Below, piece by piece: positions 25,438 through 38,600 of a DNA stretch of 50,767 nucleotides. The notes beneath the pieces were generated by a model. It saw nothing but the letters and a program-made list of their open reading frames with translations. It was not told the origin of the DNA and searched no databases. The translations under genes were made by a program, and so were the position numbers. This DNA comes from Akkermansiaceae bacterium (lineage in GTDB: Bacteria; Verrucomicrobiota; Verrucomicrobiia; Verrucomicrobiales; Akkermansiaceae): positions 1-50,767 of the forward strand of contig JALQTQ010000002.1 of the NCBI GenBank assembly GCA_023263995.1, read 5' to 3'. Numbering within the stretch: the first letter of the stretch is position 1; each line of letters begins with the position of its first letter.

Positions 25438-28146
25438 TCAACCTGTCTCGCGCAGACCTGACGAAATCGCATTGATCGTGAGTTGAAGGGCAAGGAAGTC
25501 GCGGTGGAATTTGCCGTTGTCGTCCTCGATGGGGCTGCCGCCTTCTCGCCACCGCCGGAGGAGTGAGATTTGTTGTTCGTGGAGGATGCGGAGTGGGAGT
25601 TCCCGCACCGCGAGGGTCTTCTGCATCCGGGGGCGTCGTGAGAGGAACTCCTTGCCGAACAACTCGTGGACGTAGTGACGAGTTTTCTCGTACTCCTTGA
25701 GGATCGCGTCGAGGAAATGGCTGCGGATCTCATCGTTGGGACAGAGGGCGGCGTATTCCGTCATCATTTCGCGATTGGCCGAAGACAGGGACGACTCGAT
25801 GTTGGTGAAGACGTAGCGGAGGAAATCGAATTTGGTCAGGTTTTCCTCGATGTTTTCGCGGGCCTTCGGGCCGATGGCTTCCAAGCCGGAACCGACTCCG
25901 AACCAGCCGGGGAGGTAGAAGCGGGCTTGGGTCCAGGAGAAGACCCATGGGATTGCGCGGAGATCCTTCAGGGAAGCCTTCTTTCCCGTGCGTCTTGAGG
26001 GGCGGGACCCAAAGACGCCGGTTTCGAGGGCGTCGATGGGGGTGGCGGTGCGATAGAAATCGAGGAAGCCTTCGGCATCGCGGAGGGCGCGGTAGGCCTT
26101 ATCTGACTCGCGCGAGAGGGCATCGAGGCTCTCACGGCATTGCTCGACCGGGTGGAAGTGTTTGTCTTGGAGGCCCACGGTGCGGGTGGCTCCGGCCACG
26201 AGGAGCTCGAGGTGGAAGTGGGCATTCCCTTCATGCCCGTATTTTCGAGGGAGAACTTCGCCTTGTTCGGTGATCCGAAGCGGGCCGGCGAGGGCCCCTT
26301 TGGGGAGGGCGCGGAGGAACCAGCGGGTGGGGCCGGCTCCGCGGCCGATCGTGCCTCCACGCCCGTGGAAGAACTGGGGAACCACTCCGGCCTTGTGGCA
26401 GGCTGCGGTCATTGCTTCCTGTCCTTTGAAAATGCCCCATTGCGAGGCGAAGACTCCGGCGTCCTTGTTGGAGTCTGAGTATCCGACCATGGCGGGCTGC
26501 ATCCCGGACGGATGAGGGCCCATGATTTCGAGATATTCGCCGAGGATGTCCTTGGAAGCGGCCAAATCTTCGCCGGTCTCGAAGAGCGGGCTGACTGGGA
26601 GGAGGGAGCGCCATTTCCCGTTGCTGCCGATCCGGGCGAGCCCGGCTTCTCGGGCCAGGAGTTGTACCAGAAGGATGTCCGAGACTGACCGGGTCATGCT
26701 GATGATGAGCTGGCCAAGTCCTTCCGGGCCGTGACGGCGGAGGTGGGTGGCGAGAAGTCGGAAATAGGCAAGAATCTTGTCGGCATCCTCCCCGGCTTCC
26801 TCGTATCGAGGGAGAAAGGGGCGGGGATTGGAGAGTTCGGTGACGAGAAAGCTCCTTCTTTTTTCCTCGCTCCATTGCGGGAAGTTTCCCCCATCGGGAA
26901 TCCCCACCTTGGCAAAGAGTTGGGCTGCCGCCGCGTCGTGAGCTTCCGAGTTGTTGCGGACGTCGAGCGAGGCCAGGTGGAGACCGAAGACGCGGGCGAG
27001 TCGGATGAGGGGAAAGATCCACTCATGAGCGGCGAGCGGGGCGTGGGCTTCCTCGAGGGTTTCATGGAGGAGTTCGAGGTCTGCGAGATATTCCGTCGTG
27101 CGGAGGTAGCGGCCTTGCTCGAACTTTTCGTGCATCAGGCGCAGGTAAGTCTGCCATGGCTCGAGGTGGTAGCGGGTCGCAATGGCGTGGCCAGCTTCTC
27201 CCAGTTCCGTCACCATGGTGTTGAGGGCCTCGCCGAGCGAAGTTGGGACCTTGGTGAAGGGCGGGGCGAGAGTGAGCTTGTCGGCGACCCGGTTGAGGTG
27301 CCGTTGATGCATCGCCACGGCGTGTTCGTGCAGTTCGGCGAGCGTGTTCCTTGTCACCTCCGGAGTCACAAAGGGATGGCCGTCACGGTCGCCCCCGATC
27401 CAACTGGCGAAGCGGAGGGTCGGGTAGGCGTTTTCGCGTCGGAGGTTGGCTGGATCCCAGCCCGCATCCTCCCAGGCCAATTCCAAGGAGCGGTCAAGCC
27501 GGATGAGAACCTCAGGAAAGGTTTCGGAAAGATAGGGCAGAGCGTTGCGCAGTTCTTCATGGACGGCCGGGCGTTTCACGAAGATTTCGCCGGTGTGCCA
27601 GAGGGTCTGGAACTCGGCGCGCAGGGAGTCGGCCACCCGGCGCCCGTAGTGGGGATCACTCCGCGCTCCCTCGTAAGTCCGTAATTCCTCGTAGATAGCC
27701 TTGTGACGGAGTCGGACCGAAGGGCGTTTTGCTTCGGTGGGATGGGCGGTCAGGACAGGCTCGACGCGGACTTTTCGGAGGGCCGAGAGAACATCCTGCT
27801 CGGTGAGGCCGTTCTCGACCAACCGATTGATCACCGAGGGCCAGAGGCCCTTGATGGCCTTGGCACCGTGAGTGCTGCGTCGCGCTCCGCGAAAGCGCCA
27901 AGCAACGCGTTCCTCGACGATATTGAGAAGTTCAAAACAGATCGATAGGACTTGGGCTCCTTCCCGTTCCGAGCCTGCAGGGATGCTTTTTGGAAGGGAT
28001 TTGCCGGTCCGCCAGGGAACGAGGGAGCGGAGTTCATCGTCCAGCGGCAGGGCGTCGGCCAGCATGGAGGTGATTTCGGCCAGATTGTCGTCGAGTTCAC
28101 GGAATCCGGCCTCAAAGTAACGGTCGTCTTTAATGTCATCGGGCAT
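25438..28146 (-). CDS. ppc: phosphoenolpyruvate carboxylase
   Basis: VLTAHPTEAKR, GYSDSNKDAG, FHGRGGTIGRGAGP and the C-terminal ...AISSGLRETG are present. The protein is 902 aa. Confidence 0.95.
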   Translation of the reverse strand: MPDDIKDDRYFEAGFRELDDNLAEITSMLADALPLDDELRSLVPWRTGKSLPKSIPAGSEREGAQVLSICFELLNIVEERVAWRFRGARRSTHGAKAIKGLWPSVINRLVENGLTEQDVLSALRKVRVEPVLTAHPTEAKRPSVRLRHKAIYEELRTYEGARSDPHYGRRVADSLRAEFQTLWHTGEIFVKRPAVHEELRNALPYLSETFPEVLIRLDRSLELAWEDAGWDPANLRRENAYPTLRFASWIGGDRDGHPFVTPEVTRNTLAELHEHAVAMHQRHLNRVADKLTLAPPFTKVPTSLGEALNTMVTELGEAGHAIATRYHLEPWQTYLRLMHEKFEQGRYLRTTEYLADLELLHETLEEAHAPLAAHEWIFPLIRLARVFGLHLASLDVRNNSEAHDAAAAQLFAKVGIPDGGNFPQWSEEKRRSFLVTELSNPRPFLPRYEEAGEDADKILAYFRLLATHLRRHGPEGLGQLIISMTRSVSDILLVQLLAREAGLARIGSNGKWRSLLPVSPLFETGEDLAASKDILGEYLEIMGPHPSGMQPAMVGYSDSNKDAGVFASQWGIFKGQEAMTAACHKAGVVPQFFHGRGGTIGRGAGPTRWFLRALPKGALAGPLRITEQGEVLPRKYGHEGNAHFHLELLVAGATRTVGLQDKHFHPVEQCRESLDALSRESDKAYRALRDAEGFLDFYRTATPIDALETGVFGSRPSRRTGKKASLKDLRAIPWVFSWTQARFYLPGWFGVGSGLEAIGPKARENIEENLTKFDFLRYVFTNIESSLSSANREMMTEYAALCPNDEIRSHFLDAILKEYEKTRHYVHELFGKEFLSRRPRMQKTLAVRELPLRILHEQQISLLRRWREGGSPIEDDNGKFHRDFLALQLTINAISSGLRETG

Positions 28147-28218
28147 CCCGCCCCAAGAATGCGCGGAATCGTCTCAAGACGCAAGGATGGGTCTTTTGCG
28201 GTCGAGGAAGTTCTGCTA

Positions 28219-29319
28219 ATGACGGGCATGAAGAAATTGTTGATTTTGCTGGCTGGGTGTTCGGGATCGCTTGTCGGGGAAACGACACGGGTGTTTGTTG
28301 GGACAAGCAACGAGGGTTTGTTTCAAGTGGAACTCGACGAAAAAACCGGGGCTCTGACGAACCGTCAGCAATTGGTGAAGGCTTCCGGGATGGGATTTCA
28401 GGAGCTCAATGCCGATGGATCGTTGCTTTACTCGACCATCCAGCAGGATGGAAAGGGAGCGGTTGCTTCCTATCGGGTGACCGATGAAGGGATGCAGGAA
28501 CTTTCGGTACAGCGGTATGACGGACGGGGGCTGTGCCATGTCAGTCTTGATCGGACCGGGACGGTTCTCTTCGGTGCCGACTATGGCGGGGGCCTGGTGG
28601 TTTCCTTTCCGGTGGCCGATGGCGTGATCGGGAAGAACGCCTCCTTGATGCGTCACGAGGGATCGGGGCCGAACAAGCAGCGGCAGGAGGGTCCTCATGC
28701 CCATTCGATGTATGCCGGGCCGGACAATCGGTTTGCCTACGCTCCGGACCTCGGAATCGATCAGGTGAAATTCTATTCTTTCGGGAACGATGGTCACTTG
28801 AGCGACCAAGGAGGCTTCGCGGTGCCGGGCGGATCCGGTCCGCGGCATATGAAATTCGGGAAAAGCGGGGAGTTCGCGTATGTGCTCAACGAATTGTCAC
28901 TCACCGTTTCGGGTTTCAAACGGGATTCGAAGACTGGCAAGCTGACGCTTTTGGAGTCGGTCAAGGTGCTGCCCACCAACGCTGATGCCACCGAAATGAG
29001 CTGCTCGGAGATCCGGGTCTCCTCCGATGGACGTTTCCTCTACACGGCCAATCGTGACTTGCGGAATGAGAAGCGTGATTCGGTCTCGGTCCTTGCGGTG
29101 GGGGAGGACGGCAAGGTCAGGCTGATCGCGGCCGCTCCGGCTGAAGTCTGGATCCCGCGCAACATCAATCTCAGCCCGTCGGGAGATTGGTTGCTGGTAG
29201 CGGGACAGCGGTCGAATGAAGTGACCAGCCATCGCATCGACAAAAAATCCGGCAAACTCGCCTTCAGTGGGAATCGCATCGAAATGCCCGCCGCGATGTG
29301 CATCAACTTTGAGAGGTGA
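28219..29319 (+). CDS. lactonase-family 7-bladed beta-propeller (6-phosphogluconolactonase-like), secreted/lipoprotein-like
   Basis: The ATG at 28219 gives MTGMKKLLILLAGCSGS, which is lipobox-like. GSGPRHMKFGKSGEFAYVLNELSLTVSGFKRDSKTGKL is the typical lactonase repeat. Confidence 0.75.
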   Translation: MTGMKKLLILLAGCSGSLVGETTRVFVGTSNEGLFQVELDEKTGALTNRQQLVKASGMGFQELNADGSLLYSTIQQDGKGAVASYRVTDEGMQELSVQRYDGRGLCHVSLDRTGTVLFGADYGGGLVVSFPVADGVIGKNASLMRHEGSGPNKQRQEGPHAHSMYAGPDNRFAYAPDLGIDQVKFYSFGNDGHLSDQGGFAVPGGSGPRHMKFGKSGEFAYVLNELSLTVSGFKRDSKTGKLTLLESVKVLPTNADATEMSCSEIRVSSDGRFLYTANRDLRNEKRDSVSVLAVGEDGKVRLIAAAPAEVWIPRNINLSPSGDWLLVAGQRSNEVTSHRIDKKSGKLAFSGNRIEMPAAMCINFER

Positions 29320-29662
29320 AGGCTCTCTCTGGAAAGCGAGAGTGCGCCTTCCCCTGCGTGAATTTTTATTCATTCAATTTGATCATTAAGTTTGATTTAA
29401 TATTATCGGTCCTGAGGTTGGATCCCGATTGTTCCGGAGTCGGGTGGGAGTGGTGATGATGGTTTGGTTGGGGGCAAGTTTCTTTTTTTCAGTGGGTTGA
29501 GTTCGCTTCGAGTGGGCTTCAACTGGTGTGCCGGAATTTCCGGTCAAAACCGTTTGGTCGTCCTCGGTGCTCTCGATAGAAAAACCTTGTCGAAGACGGT
29601 TTTCGTGAGAGAAGGGGGTTAATTGCTAACGGGCGTGAAGAGCGTCCAGTCCCCCTTTTGCG

Positions 29663-32600
29663 ATGAAGAGATCTTACCGTGGCGCATTTTTTCTCTGGGT
29701 TCAGTTGATGATTTTGGCCCTGATGCCTGCGAGAGCTGTCGGGCAGTCTTTTTTGAACATGGTGGAGTCTCCGGCGGGGGCTGGGCTGTTTGTGGATCGT
29801 TTCAGTGGTGAGTATCTTCAGGCCAATCTGACCGCTGGGGTGACCCGCCTTTTCAATGCGGCGGCAGGCGACCGGGTCACGGTGTTGGTAGAGACGAGCT
29901 CGCTTCGCGAGAATGCCAACCCCCGGGTGCGGCTCACCGATGCGGGAGGTGTCCTCATCGCGGAAGTGACTGGAGACCAGCAGGGAAGGGTAGTGTTGGA
30001 GAACCAGCTCATTGCTGATCCCGGGGTTTATACCTTGACGATCTATTCCACCACTGAGTCGGCCGAATTCACGGCCGATGTCATGTTGGGGCGACAGCTC
30101 GAATTGGAGAGCGAATTGAACGACTTTCCCTTGGTCGCCGACGTGCCCAAGGCTCTTCCGGTGGCGGGGGGATTCGAGGTCCGTGCGGCTGGTTCGTTGG
30201 GATCGACCCTTGATTGGTTCGCCTTGGGAGAACTGGCGGTTGGTTCGGCGATCGACCTCGCGGTGGTGGCTCCGGCCAATTCCCTGTTGAATCCTGAAGA
30301 TCTTTCGATTGCTCTCTTCAAAGAGGGAGATCCGGTGCCAGTGACCACGGTTTCCGGTGGGGCACTTTCCTTCACTCCAACCGAGGCGGCTTCCTATCTG
30401 GTGCGCCTTGAGGTGCCCTCGCTTGATGACAAGGCCTTGCAGTTTGACGGCACGGCGGCCACGGTGAATCTCGGGAATCCGGTGGCCCTTCAGATATCTG
30501 GTGATCAGACGGTTGAGTTCTGGGTCAACCCTGCTCGGCTGGGCAAGCGTCAGAATCCTTATGAAAAGGCCTACGGCGGGGAGGGGACGATGACCATCGA
30601 GCCTGATGGATTGATCAACTATTATTACGGAAGCGGAGGCGACAACAACAATCCCTACTTGGGGGTCCCGTCGGTGGCCCGTGTCCGTCCGAACGAATGG
30701 ACTCATGTGGCGATGGTCCGGGATCTCACCAGCACGCCCAAGACGGTGACCTGGTATTTCAACGGGCAGCAGGTGGCGCAACAGGAAGTGACGATCTTCC
30801 CGGCGGCCACCAGTGTCCGGGATTTCCTGATCGGCAACGGCTATGCCGGATACTTCGAAGGAGAATTGGATGAATTCCGCGTCTGGAACGTGGCTCGCAG
30901 CGCGGTCGACATTGCCAACCACTACGCGGTCACCCTGACCGGAAGCGAAGGCGGGTTGGTGGCCTACTACCGGTTCAACGAGGCGGGGGGGACGGACATT
31001 CTCGATGGCTCGTCGAACGGGCTCAATGGAACGATCACGGGAACCTTTGATCGGAGTGGGGCAGGTGGTTCGGTGGCTGCCTTTGCGGCCTCGCAGTCGC
31101 TCGGGACGACCTACTTCCTGAGTGCCGAAGTGGATGACCTGGTGGCCCCGACGGTGGTCCGGACCGGTCTTTCCCCACTGGCTCCGTATCTCTTCAATGG
31201 CACCACGGCTGCGCCCTCCAACATGGAAGGTGAGCGGGGGAATATTGGCAGCGAGTTTTTCTACACCGTGCGCGGGACCACTTCGGGAACGCTCAAGGGA
31301 ACGGGCGTCTATTCCGACGATTCCTCGCCGGCTAAGGCCGCGGTTCACGCCGGGATTCTCCGATCGGGAGAGGTGGGCACCGTCAAGGTGACGATCACCG
31401 GTGACACCCGCTATTTCCAGGCATCAAGCAATCACGGGGTGGCGTCTTCGTTTGACGACTTTCACCCCGGCAGCTTTACCATCGAGCCCTACGCCCCGTT
31501 GGTGGCGCCCACCCTGGATGGCCTCTATCCCGGATTCTGGGTGGCCTTCAGTGAGCCGGTGGATCCGTCCACCCTGGACGCCGTCACCTTGAGTTGGGCC
31601 GGGCCCGACGGAGTCCTTGCGACCGCGGACGACGAGAACTTTCCCGTCAGTTTGATTTCGGTGGAAGACCACAACCGGGCCGTCTTCGGGCTGGATGGCA
31701 AGGTCCTGCAGGCCGGGGTGTATCGTCTCCGGGTGGCCGCATCGCTTGCCGACCGCGCCGCCAACACCCTGGCTTCGCCCTACACCGAGGACTTCACCAT
31801 CGCTTCCAATTCGGGTTACGTGAACGAATCAGGCGAAGGCGATACCTTCGCGACATCGACCTTGCTCTCTCTTTCGGTGGACGCCGGGACCTTTGACGGC
31901 TCGTTTGTGGATGGTGGGGTGAACCAGAGTTCATCGGGAGATTCTCCCTTTGATGTGGGGCACGCCGACTTTGATGGTGATGGTCACGAGGATGTCGTGG
32001 TGGGATACCAGGGGAGCGGGGAAAAGGTGTCGGTGTTCCCGGGCAATGGCGACGGGACCTTTGGGACGCCGGTCGAGTTTCCCGCGTCGGGCGATGTCTG
32101 GGACGTCGAGTTGATCGATTACAACAAGGACGGGAAGACCGACGTGGTGGCTTCGGCCCGCAACATTGATGCGGTCCTCCTGTTGCAGAACACCTCGACC
32201 CCGGGAGTGTTGTCCTTCGTGCAGCAAGCGAACCTTCCGGTGGGTGACGACCCGCGTGTCATTACGACCGGGGATTTCAACAAGGACACCTGGCCGGACT
32301 TGGCGGTGAGCAACTATGGCACCAACGGGACGACGGGCCGGAGCGTTTCGCTGTTGTTGAACGACCAGAGCGGCGGCTTCACCCCCTCGCTTCTGGAGCA
32401 GGGCACGATGCGGGCCTTTGGCCTCTCGGCGGCGGACCTGAATGGCGACACCAACCCCGACCTGGTGGTGGGCGACATTGATAATGGACAACGGATCGGG
32501 GTGATGCTGGGCAACGGGGACGGGACTTTCGGGGCTCCGGCCTTCTATGATTATGGCGCGGGCTGGGACCCTAGCGGGATTGCCATCGCGGACTTCAACC

Positions 32601-35600
32601 AAGATCTGGCCATGGATCTGGTAGTGATGCGGGGGAACTGGTATGCGCGCGAACTGTCAATTTACCCAGGGGTGGGCGACGGCACCTTCGGTGAGCGGAT
32701 CAACCAAGATCTGGGCGGGGGAGGATATTACTATCACTTTGAGCAGGGCGACTTCACCGGGGACGGCTGGCCGGACCTGATGTTGGGCGGGTATGACCGT
32801 CTCACCCTGCTGCAGAATACAGCCGATGGGAGCTTCGGCTTCCGGGAGTCGTCGCGCAACCCGGGGCGGGCCTACGGGGTGGCGGTGGCGGACTTTGACG
32901 AGGACGGCACGGTCGATCTGCTGTCGAGTGATGAGAACAATGATTTGCTGCGGTTCTATGCCGGGCAGCCGCGGGCCTTTTTGCTGGCCGATGACAGCAA
33001 TGTCGCGACCGGTTTGTTGCACGGGTATGGCCGGGGCTATCTGAGCGACAACAACGACGTGGACTACTTCCGCTTCTCGGCCAAGGCCGGGCAGTTGGTG
33101 AACCTGGCGGTGGACACCACGGGGCAGGACTCGGCGAACCTCTACTACATTGTCGAGGACTCGGAGGGCAACGACCTCTTTGCGATTGCCGGGCCGGTGA
33201 CCGTGAGTGGGCCGCGGACCATTCCGCGGGACGGGACGTATTTCGTGCGGGTGAGCCCGAATGCGGGGCACTACAACCGGGAGTATCGCTTCCGGGTCAG
33301 TCTGGCTCCGGCGGGAAGCGGCCAGCAGGAGAGCGAGAACAACGACTCGATCAACAACAGCGACGGGCTGGCCTTCACCCAGAGCGGAACGCAATTGTCG
33401 GCCCGCATCTACGGGGTCCTGATGAGCAACGACGGGTCCGGGGATTACTATAACCTGGGCAACCTTGCCGAGGACACCGAGGTCCGCATCCGGCTCGATC
33501 TGCCCTCGACCTCGACTCTTGATTCACCGGCCCTGACCCTCTTCAAGTCTGATGGTTCGGCGATCACGCCTGATTCCCTCTCCCCGACCGAGCTCTTGTT
33601 CCAACTTGGCGAGGGCGATGCCTCGACGTATTTCCTGCGGGTCTCCGGAGGAACGCGCTCATCGCTGGCCGAGTACTTCGTCAACGTCTCCCTGACCGAC
33701 CTCGTGCCGCCGAGCGTGGTGGCCGACAGCCTTCCCGATGATTCGACGGATGGTCTCGTGACCGGCTTTTCACTCACCTTCAACAAGGACATGCTTCCTT
33801 CGTCGATCAACAACGCGAGCAACTACTCGTTGGTCTGGGCGGGTCCCGACGGGTTGCCCTCGACCCCGGATGATGTCGCGGTCACCATCGTTTCCTCCGG
33901 ATACTCCAGCGGGCTCACCGCCTCCTATGCCCTAGCTGGTGCCCCGATTCCTGCGGGGGACTATCTCTTCCGGGCCACCGGACTCCGGGACATCTTCGGA
34001 AACGAAATTCCGGTTCCCTACGAAAAAGCCTTCTCGGTCGGATCCCAGTCCGGTGCCGGCATTGAAACCGAGAGCAACAACTCGACCGCAACGGCCACTC
34101 CGCTGCCCTTGGACGATTCCATTCCGGGATACCTGACCGCCAATGCACGGGGTCTCCTGATCGATTCGCCTGATGTCGATTACTGGAGTTTCGAAGGGGA
34201 GTCCGGCGACCTCTTTGTCTTTGAAACCTTCCTGCCTTTCGTGGGTTCAACAACCTCGCTTTACTATCGGGTCTACCGCCCGGACGGATCCCTCCTTTGG
34301 GAACGTCGGATCAACAGCAGCGAACTTGAGTCGGCAGCGCCGGTCACTCTCCCGGAAACGGGGACCTATGTGATCCAGATCGATGACTGGAACTCGGTGC
34401 GCAGTGAATACCGTTTCCGGGTGACCCTGGTCCGGGCGGGCATTGACTACGAGACCGAAGGGAACGGCGATCTCGGCAGTGCCAACCCGGTGAACTACAA
34501 CGTGGTGAACAATATCAACACGGCGGTGGCGGCCGGATTCATCAGCGGACCCACCCAGCTTGACTTCTTCGATCTGGGGACGATTGACGCGGGCACCACC
34601 GTTTTCCTGAGCACCCGGGCCCCGAGCGGAAGCGGGCTCTCTCCCATCGTCTCTCTCTACAACTCGGCGGGTCAGATCATGAACGAGGTCAGCGGAACGC
34701 CGAATGATTCCAGTGTGGAGGTGCCGATCTCCGAGACCGGAGTTTACTACGGTTTGGTGCGCGCCAACATCGGCACCTCCGGACTCGACGGCACTTACGT
34801 CCTAGATATCCGCACCCTGCCGACGGCTGCGGTGGACTTTCCGAACCTCCAGGTCACCGCGGTGGACGACGTCACCACTCCGGGAATCCGGAGCGGCGAC
34901 GCCATCACCTTCAGTTACACCGTCACCAACACCGGAAGTCTCCAGACCGGCTCGTCGGCGTGGGTGGACCGGGTGGTCCTGTCCTCGAATGATGTCTACG
35001 GAGACGGCGATGATCTGCAATTGGCGGTCATCCCTCACACCGGGGCCCTGTCTCCGTCGGCCTTCTACGTCAACAATCCCACCGTGGTGATCCCGGACGG
35101 ACTTTCCGGAGACTTCTATCTCATCGTGAGGACCGATTCGTCCAATGCGGTCGATGAGATCTTCAAGGAGGGCGACAACAGCCGGGCCACCTCGACGACC
35201 TTCCCGGTTCAGCTGCAGGACTACCCGGATCTGGTCATCGAGGACTTCGGCATCACCGGTCCTGATCCCTCGGGGCTCTATCAGTTTGACTGGAAGTTGG
35301 CGAACCGCGGCACTGGCGATGCCACCGGGAATCACACCACGCGGATCACCATCCTCAATACCACCACCTCCCAGGTGGTCCTGAATCAGGACCTCGATGT
35401 CATCGATGCGATCGGATCCGGATTGTTTTTGAGTCAGGCCACCTCGTTGACCACCACCACGCCTGGGTTCTACCTCATCACGATCACGGCCGATGCCGAC
35501 CGGGAAGTTTACGAATACAACGTCAGCGGCCATGGGGCGGCTGAAGCCAACAGCCTTCAGGACAACTTCCAGATCTTCGAGTTCTTCGACATCATGGTTT

Positions 35601-38600
35601 CGGCCTCACCCGGAAGCGGCGGATCGGTCTCGGGTGGAGGGACCTATCGGGACGGATTTGAAGTGACAGTCAGCGCCACCCCGGACACCTCGGTTTTGCC
35701 CTACCGCTTTGTGAACTGGACCGAGAACGGTGTTTTCGTCAGCGCCAATGCCACCTACACCTTCACCGCCGGGTCCGACCGGAATCTCGTGGCGGTCTTT
35801 GCCCTGCCGCAGTTCCAGGTGGTGTCCTTGGTTTCCCCGCCTGGGTCGGGGAGTGTCTCGGGGGCCGGGACCTATGCCTTGAATGCCACAGCCAGCCTCA
35901 CGGCCAACCCGTCGCCCGGCTACCTCTTCGACCGGTGGGAAGAGGGGGCGACCAATCTGGGTTCGACCAACCCGCTGGCCTTCAATGTCACCGGTGCCCG
36001 CACCGTGACCGCGGTCTTCCGCGAGGCCAATCCGACCCACCTGGTCACGCTGGCGACCGCGCCGCCCGACCTCGTGGTGATACCCGGCGGGGCGACCTAC
36101 GCCAATGGTGAGATTCTCAACGCCACCGCTCCGCTGTCGGTGATCCGAGATGACTCGGAGTTCCTCTTCAAGAGGTGGGTGCTGAATGGGCTGCAGCTCA
36201 ACACCAACCCGGTCCTCAGCAAGACCTTCTCGACGCTCGACCCGCCGGTCATGGCCTACTTGGCCGACTATGAAGAGCGGAGCCTCCTCCCGGTCCTCAC
36301 GTCGGTGACGAGCAACTTCGGGACTCTGGTGCCGCTCTCGGATGCGGTGGTCTTCACCGTCAACTTCGATCGCGACATGAACACCAGCATCCTTCCGGGG
36401 CTGACGCTTTCTTCGGGAACGGCGTCAGTCATCCCGCCGGTGCCGACCGGAGCTTGGGTGAATGCCCGGCAATACCGGAGCGGGCCCACCAGCTTCGGGT
36501 CCGACAGCGCGGGAGCCTTCGCCTTGACGGTCGGGGCGGCCACCGACACCAACGGACGGGTGATGGCGGCGGATTCCTCCTTCGGCTTCACCGTGGACGG
36601 TCTGCCTCCTGAGAATCCGGTGCCGATATTGACCGGAACGACCTCGAGCGCGGCCACCGTGGGATGGGCCGGTTACCCGGCTCCGGCCGATCTGGGGAGC
36701 TTCCGCTATTATCTCGAGACCTCGCCCTTCACCTCGGTTTCGGGACTCTCTCCGGTGAGCGGGGCCGGCAAGACCGCCCGCTCGGCGACCTTCACCGGAC
36801 TTGAACCCGACACGGACTACTACGCTGCCATCATCGCCGTGGACGCCGCCGGTAACATCACCCCCACGGTGACCCCGCTCAGCTTCCGGCTGGCGACCGT
36901 GCTTCCACCTCCGGTCAATCCCACCCTGGCCCGGCCGTCGATCACTTCGGCCCGCCTGGACTGGGCGGCCTACGACCGGACCTTGATCGGGCTGGAGGGC
37001 TTCCGGATCTATCGTTCCACCACCCCGTTCACCACGGTCGATGTTCTCACCCCGGTGGCCGAGGTCGATCGCAATACCACGCAGTATCTCTTCGAGGGAC
37101 TGGACCGCCTCGATGATCATCACTTTGCCGTCGTGGCCTTCAACCGGAATGATGAGCAGGTGGACGAAGTCACGCCCGTGCTCTGGCAGGATCCCCTTCG
37201 TGGAACCCTGGCCGAGTCCTTCACGATCGGAGGCGAGGAGGAGGTGATCCTGATTCACGGGGATCTGGTTTTGTCGGGGGGCGCCACCCTGACCATTCTT
37301 CCGGGAACCACCCTGGCCTTCGCGCCGGGGACAGGTCTTTCGGTGCAGGATGGCATCCTCGTGGCCGACGGTAGTGCGCGCTGGCCGGTCCACTTCACCT
37401 CCGCCGGGGAGTTCTCCGATCCACCGACGGCAGCCCGTGGCGATTGGTCCGGAGTGACGCTGGGCGATCCGACGAAGGTTTCCACCTTGCGTCATCTTTG
37501 GTTGCGGTTCGGTAGTGGCTTGCAGGTGACCGGAGGAGAGCCCGTGCTGTCCAACTACTATGCCGTACAGAATTCCGGAGCGGGCCTCGATGTCAGTGGC
37601 GGAACGGTGAATGGCGTTGATCTGCTACTGACCGTGAACGAAAACGGGGCGCGTGCAACTGGGACGGGATCCTTGACTCTCACCAACAGCATTCTCAAGA
37701 GCAACAGCGTGGCAAACGCGGTCCAGTCCGGAGGCGGGGAGCTTTCCGCCGAAAGATGTTTCTGGGGCACTCCGACGGCTTCCGGTCTCGAGGGAATCGT
37801 CTCGGCCGGTTCGCTGCTGGCCAACGAGCCCGTCCTCGGTGGGGTGCTGGCCGTTCGGAATGGTGAGGACCGGACAGCGACTCGAGACATCGTCCTCTTC
37901 CTAGGGGCGGCCAATGGCGTGAGCTTCCGGTTGTCGGAGGACTCCCTGTTCCCCTCGGTGGCCTTCGATGAGCTTTTTGAAGCGGATGATGATTTCCGCT
38001 TCTCGCCCTACGGATTCGAACTGCCCTTCCGCTTGAGCCAAGGAGGAGGACTGAAAACCGTCTTCGGACAGCTGCGTTCGGAAAGCGACCAGCCCGGAGG
38101 GAATCTCTCAGTCCCCATCACCTTGGTGACCGATGGTCCGGTGGTGGGGTCCTTCAGTCTGACCGAAGGTCAGGTGGTCGATCGTCCGATCACGGTCACC
38201 GGCACGGGAAGTGCGCCGCTGGGAGTGGCGCGAACGCAATTCCTGGTGGACGGCGTGGTTCTGGCTCAAACCACCACCGGGGCCCTGTCCTTCGAGTGGG
38301 ACCCGCGTTCGCTTCCCTCTGGGATCAAGCGGGCCGTTCTAGCGGTCTCGGACAATTACGGGGGAATGGCCACCCGCGAGGTGAATGTCACAGTGGCTCC
38401 CGGCCCGCCGCCGCGCCCGGTTATTGCCTCCCCATCGGACGGGACACTCACCAACAACGCCACCGTCACGGTGCAGGGCTCGGCTGAGCCGGGTGTGACG
38501 GTGCAAGTGACCCGGAACGGCGCCGTGATAGTCTCCGATATCCTGGTGCCTGCAAACGGACAGTTTGTCATTCCGGATGTCCCGCTGGTGGAAGGGGCCA

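Noticed and set aside
27952-28218. Extended N-terminus of the lactonase ORF (track start 27952) overlapping ppc
   Set aside because: The extension overlaps the ppc coding region on the opposite strand and lacks signal-peptide logic. The ATG at 28219 gives a lipoprotein-like signal directly.
29519-31348. 609-aa minus-strand ORF, and similar long antisense ORFs at 38930..40957, 36425..37495, 48529..49869, 23301..24752 and 8542..9396
   Set aside because: All lie fully inside strongly supported plus-strand genes. They have Arg/Gly/Pro-rich low-complexity translations typical of stop-poor antisense frames in high-GC DNA, and no family motifs.
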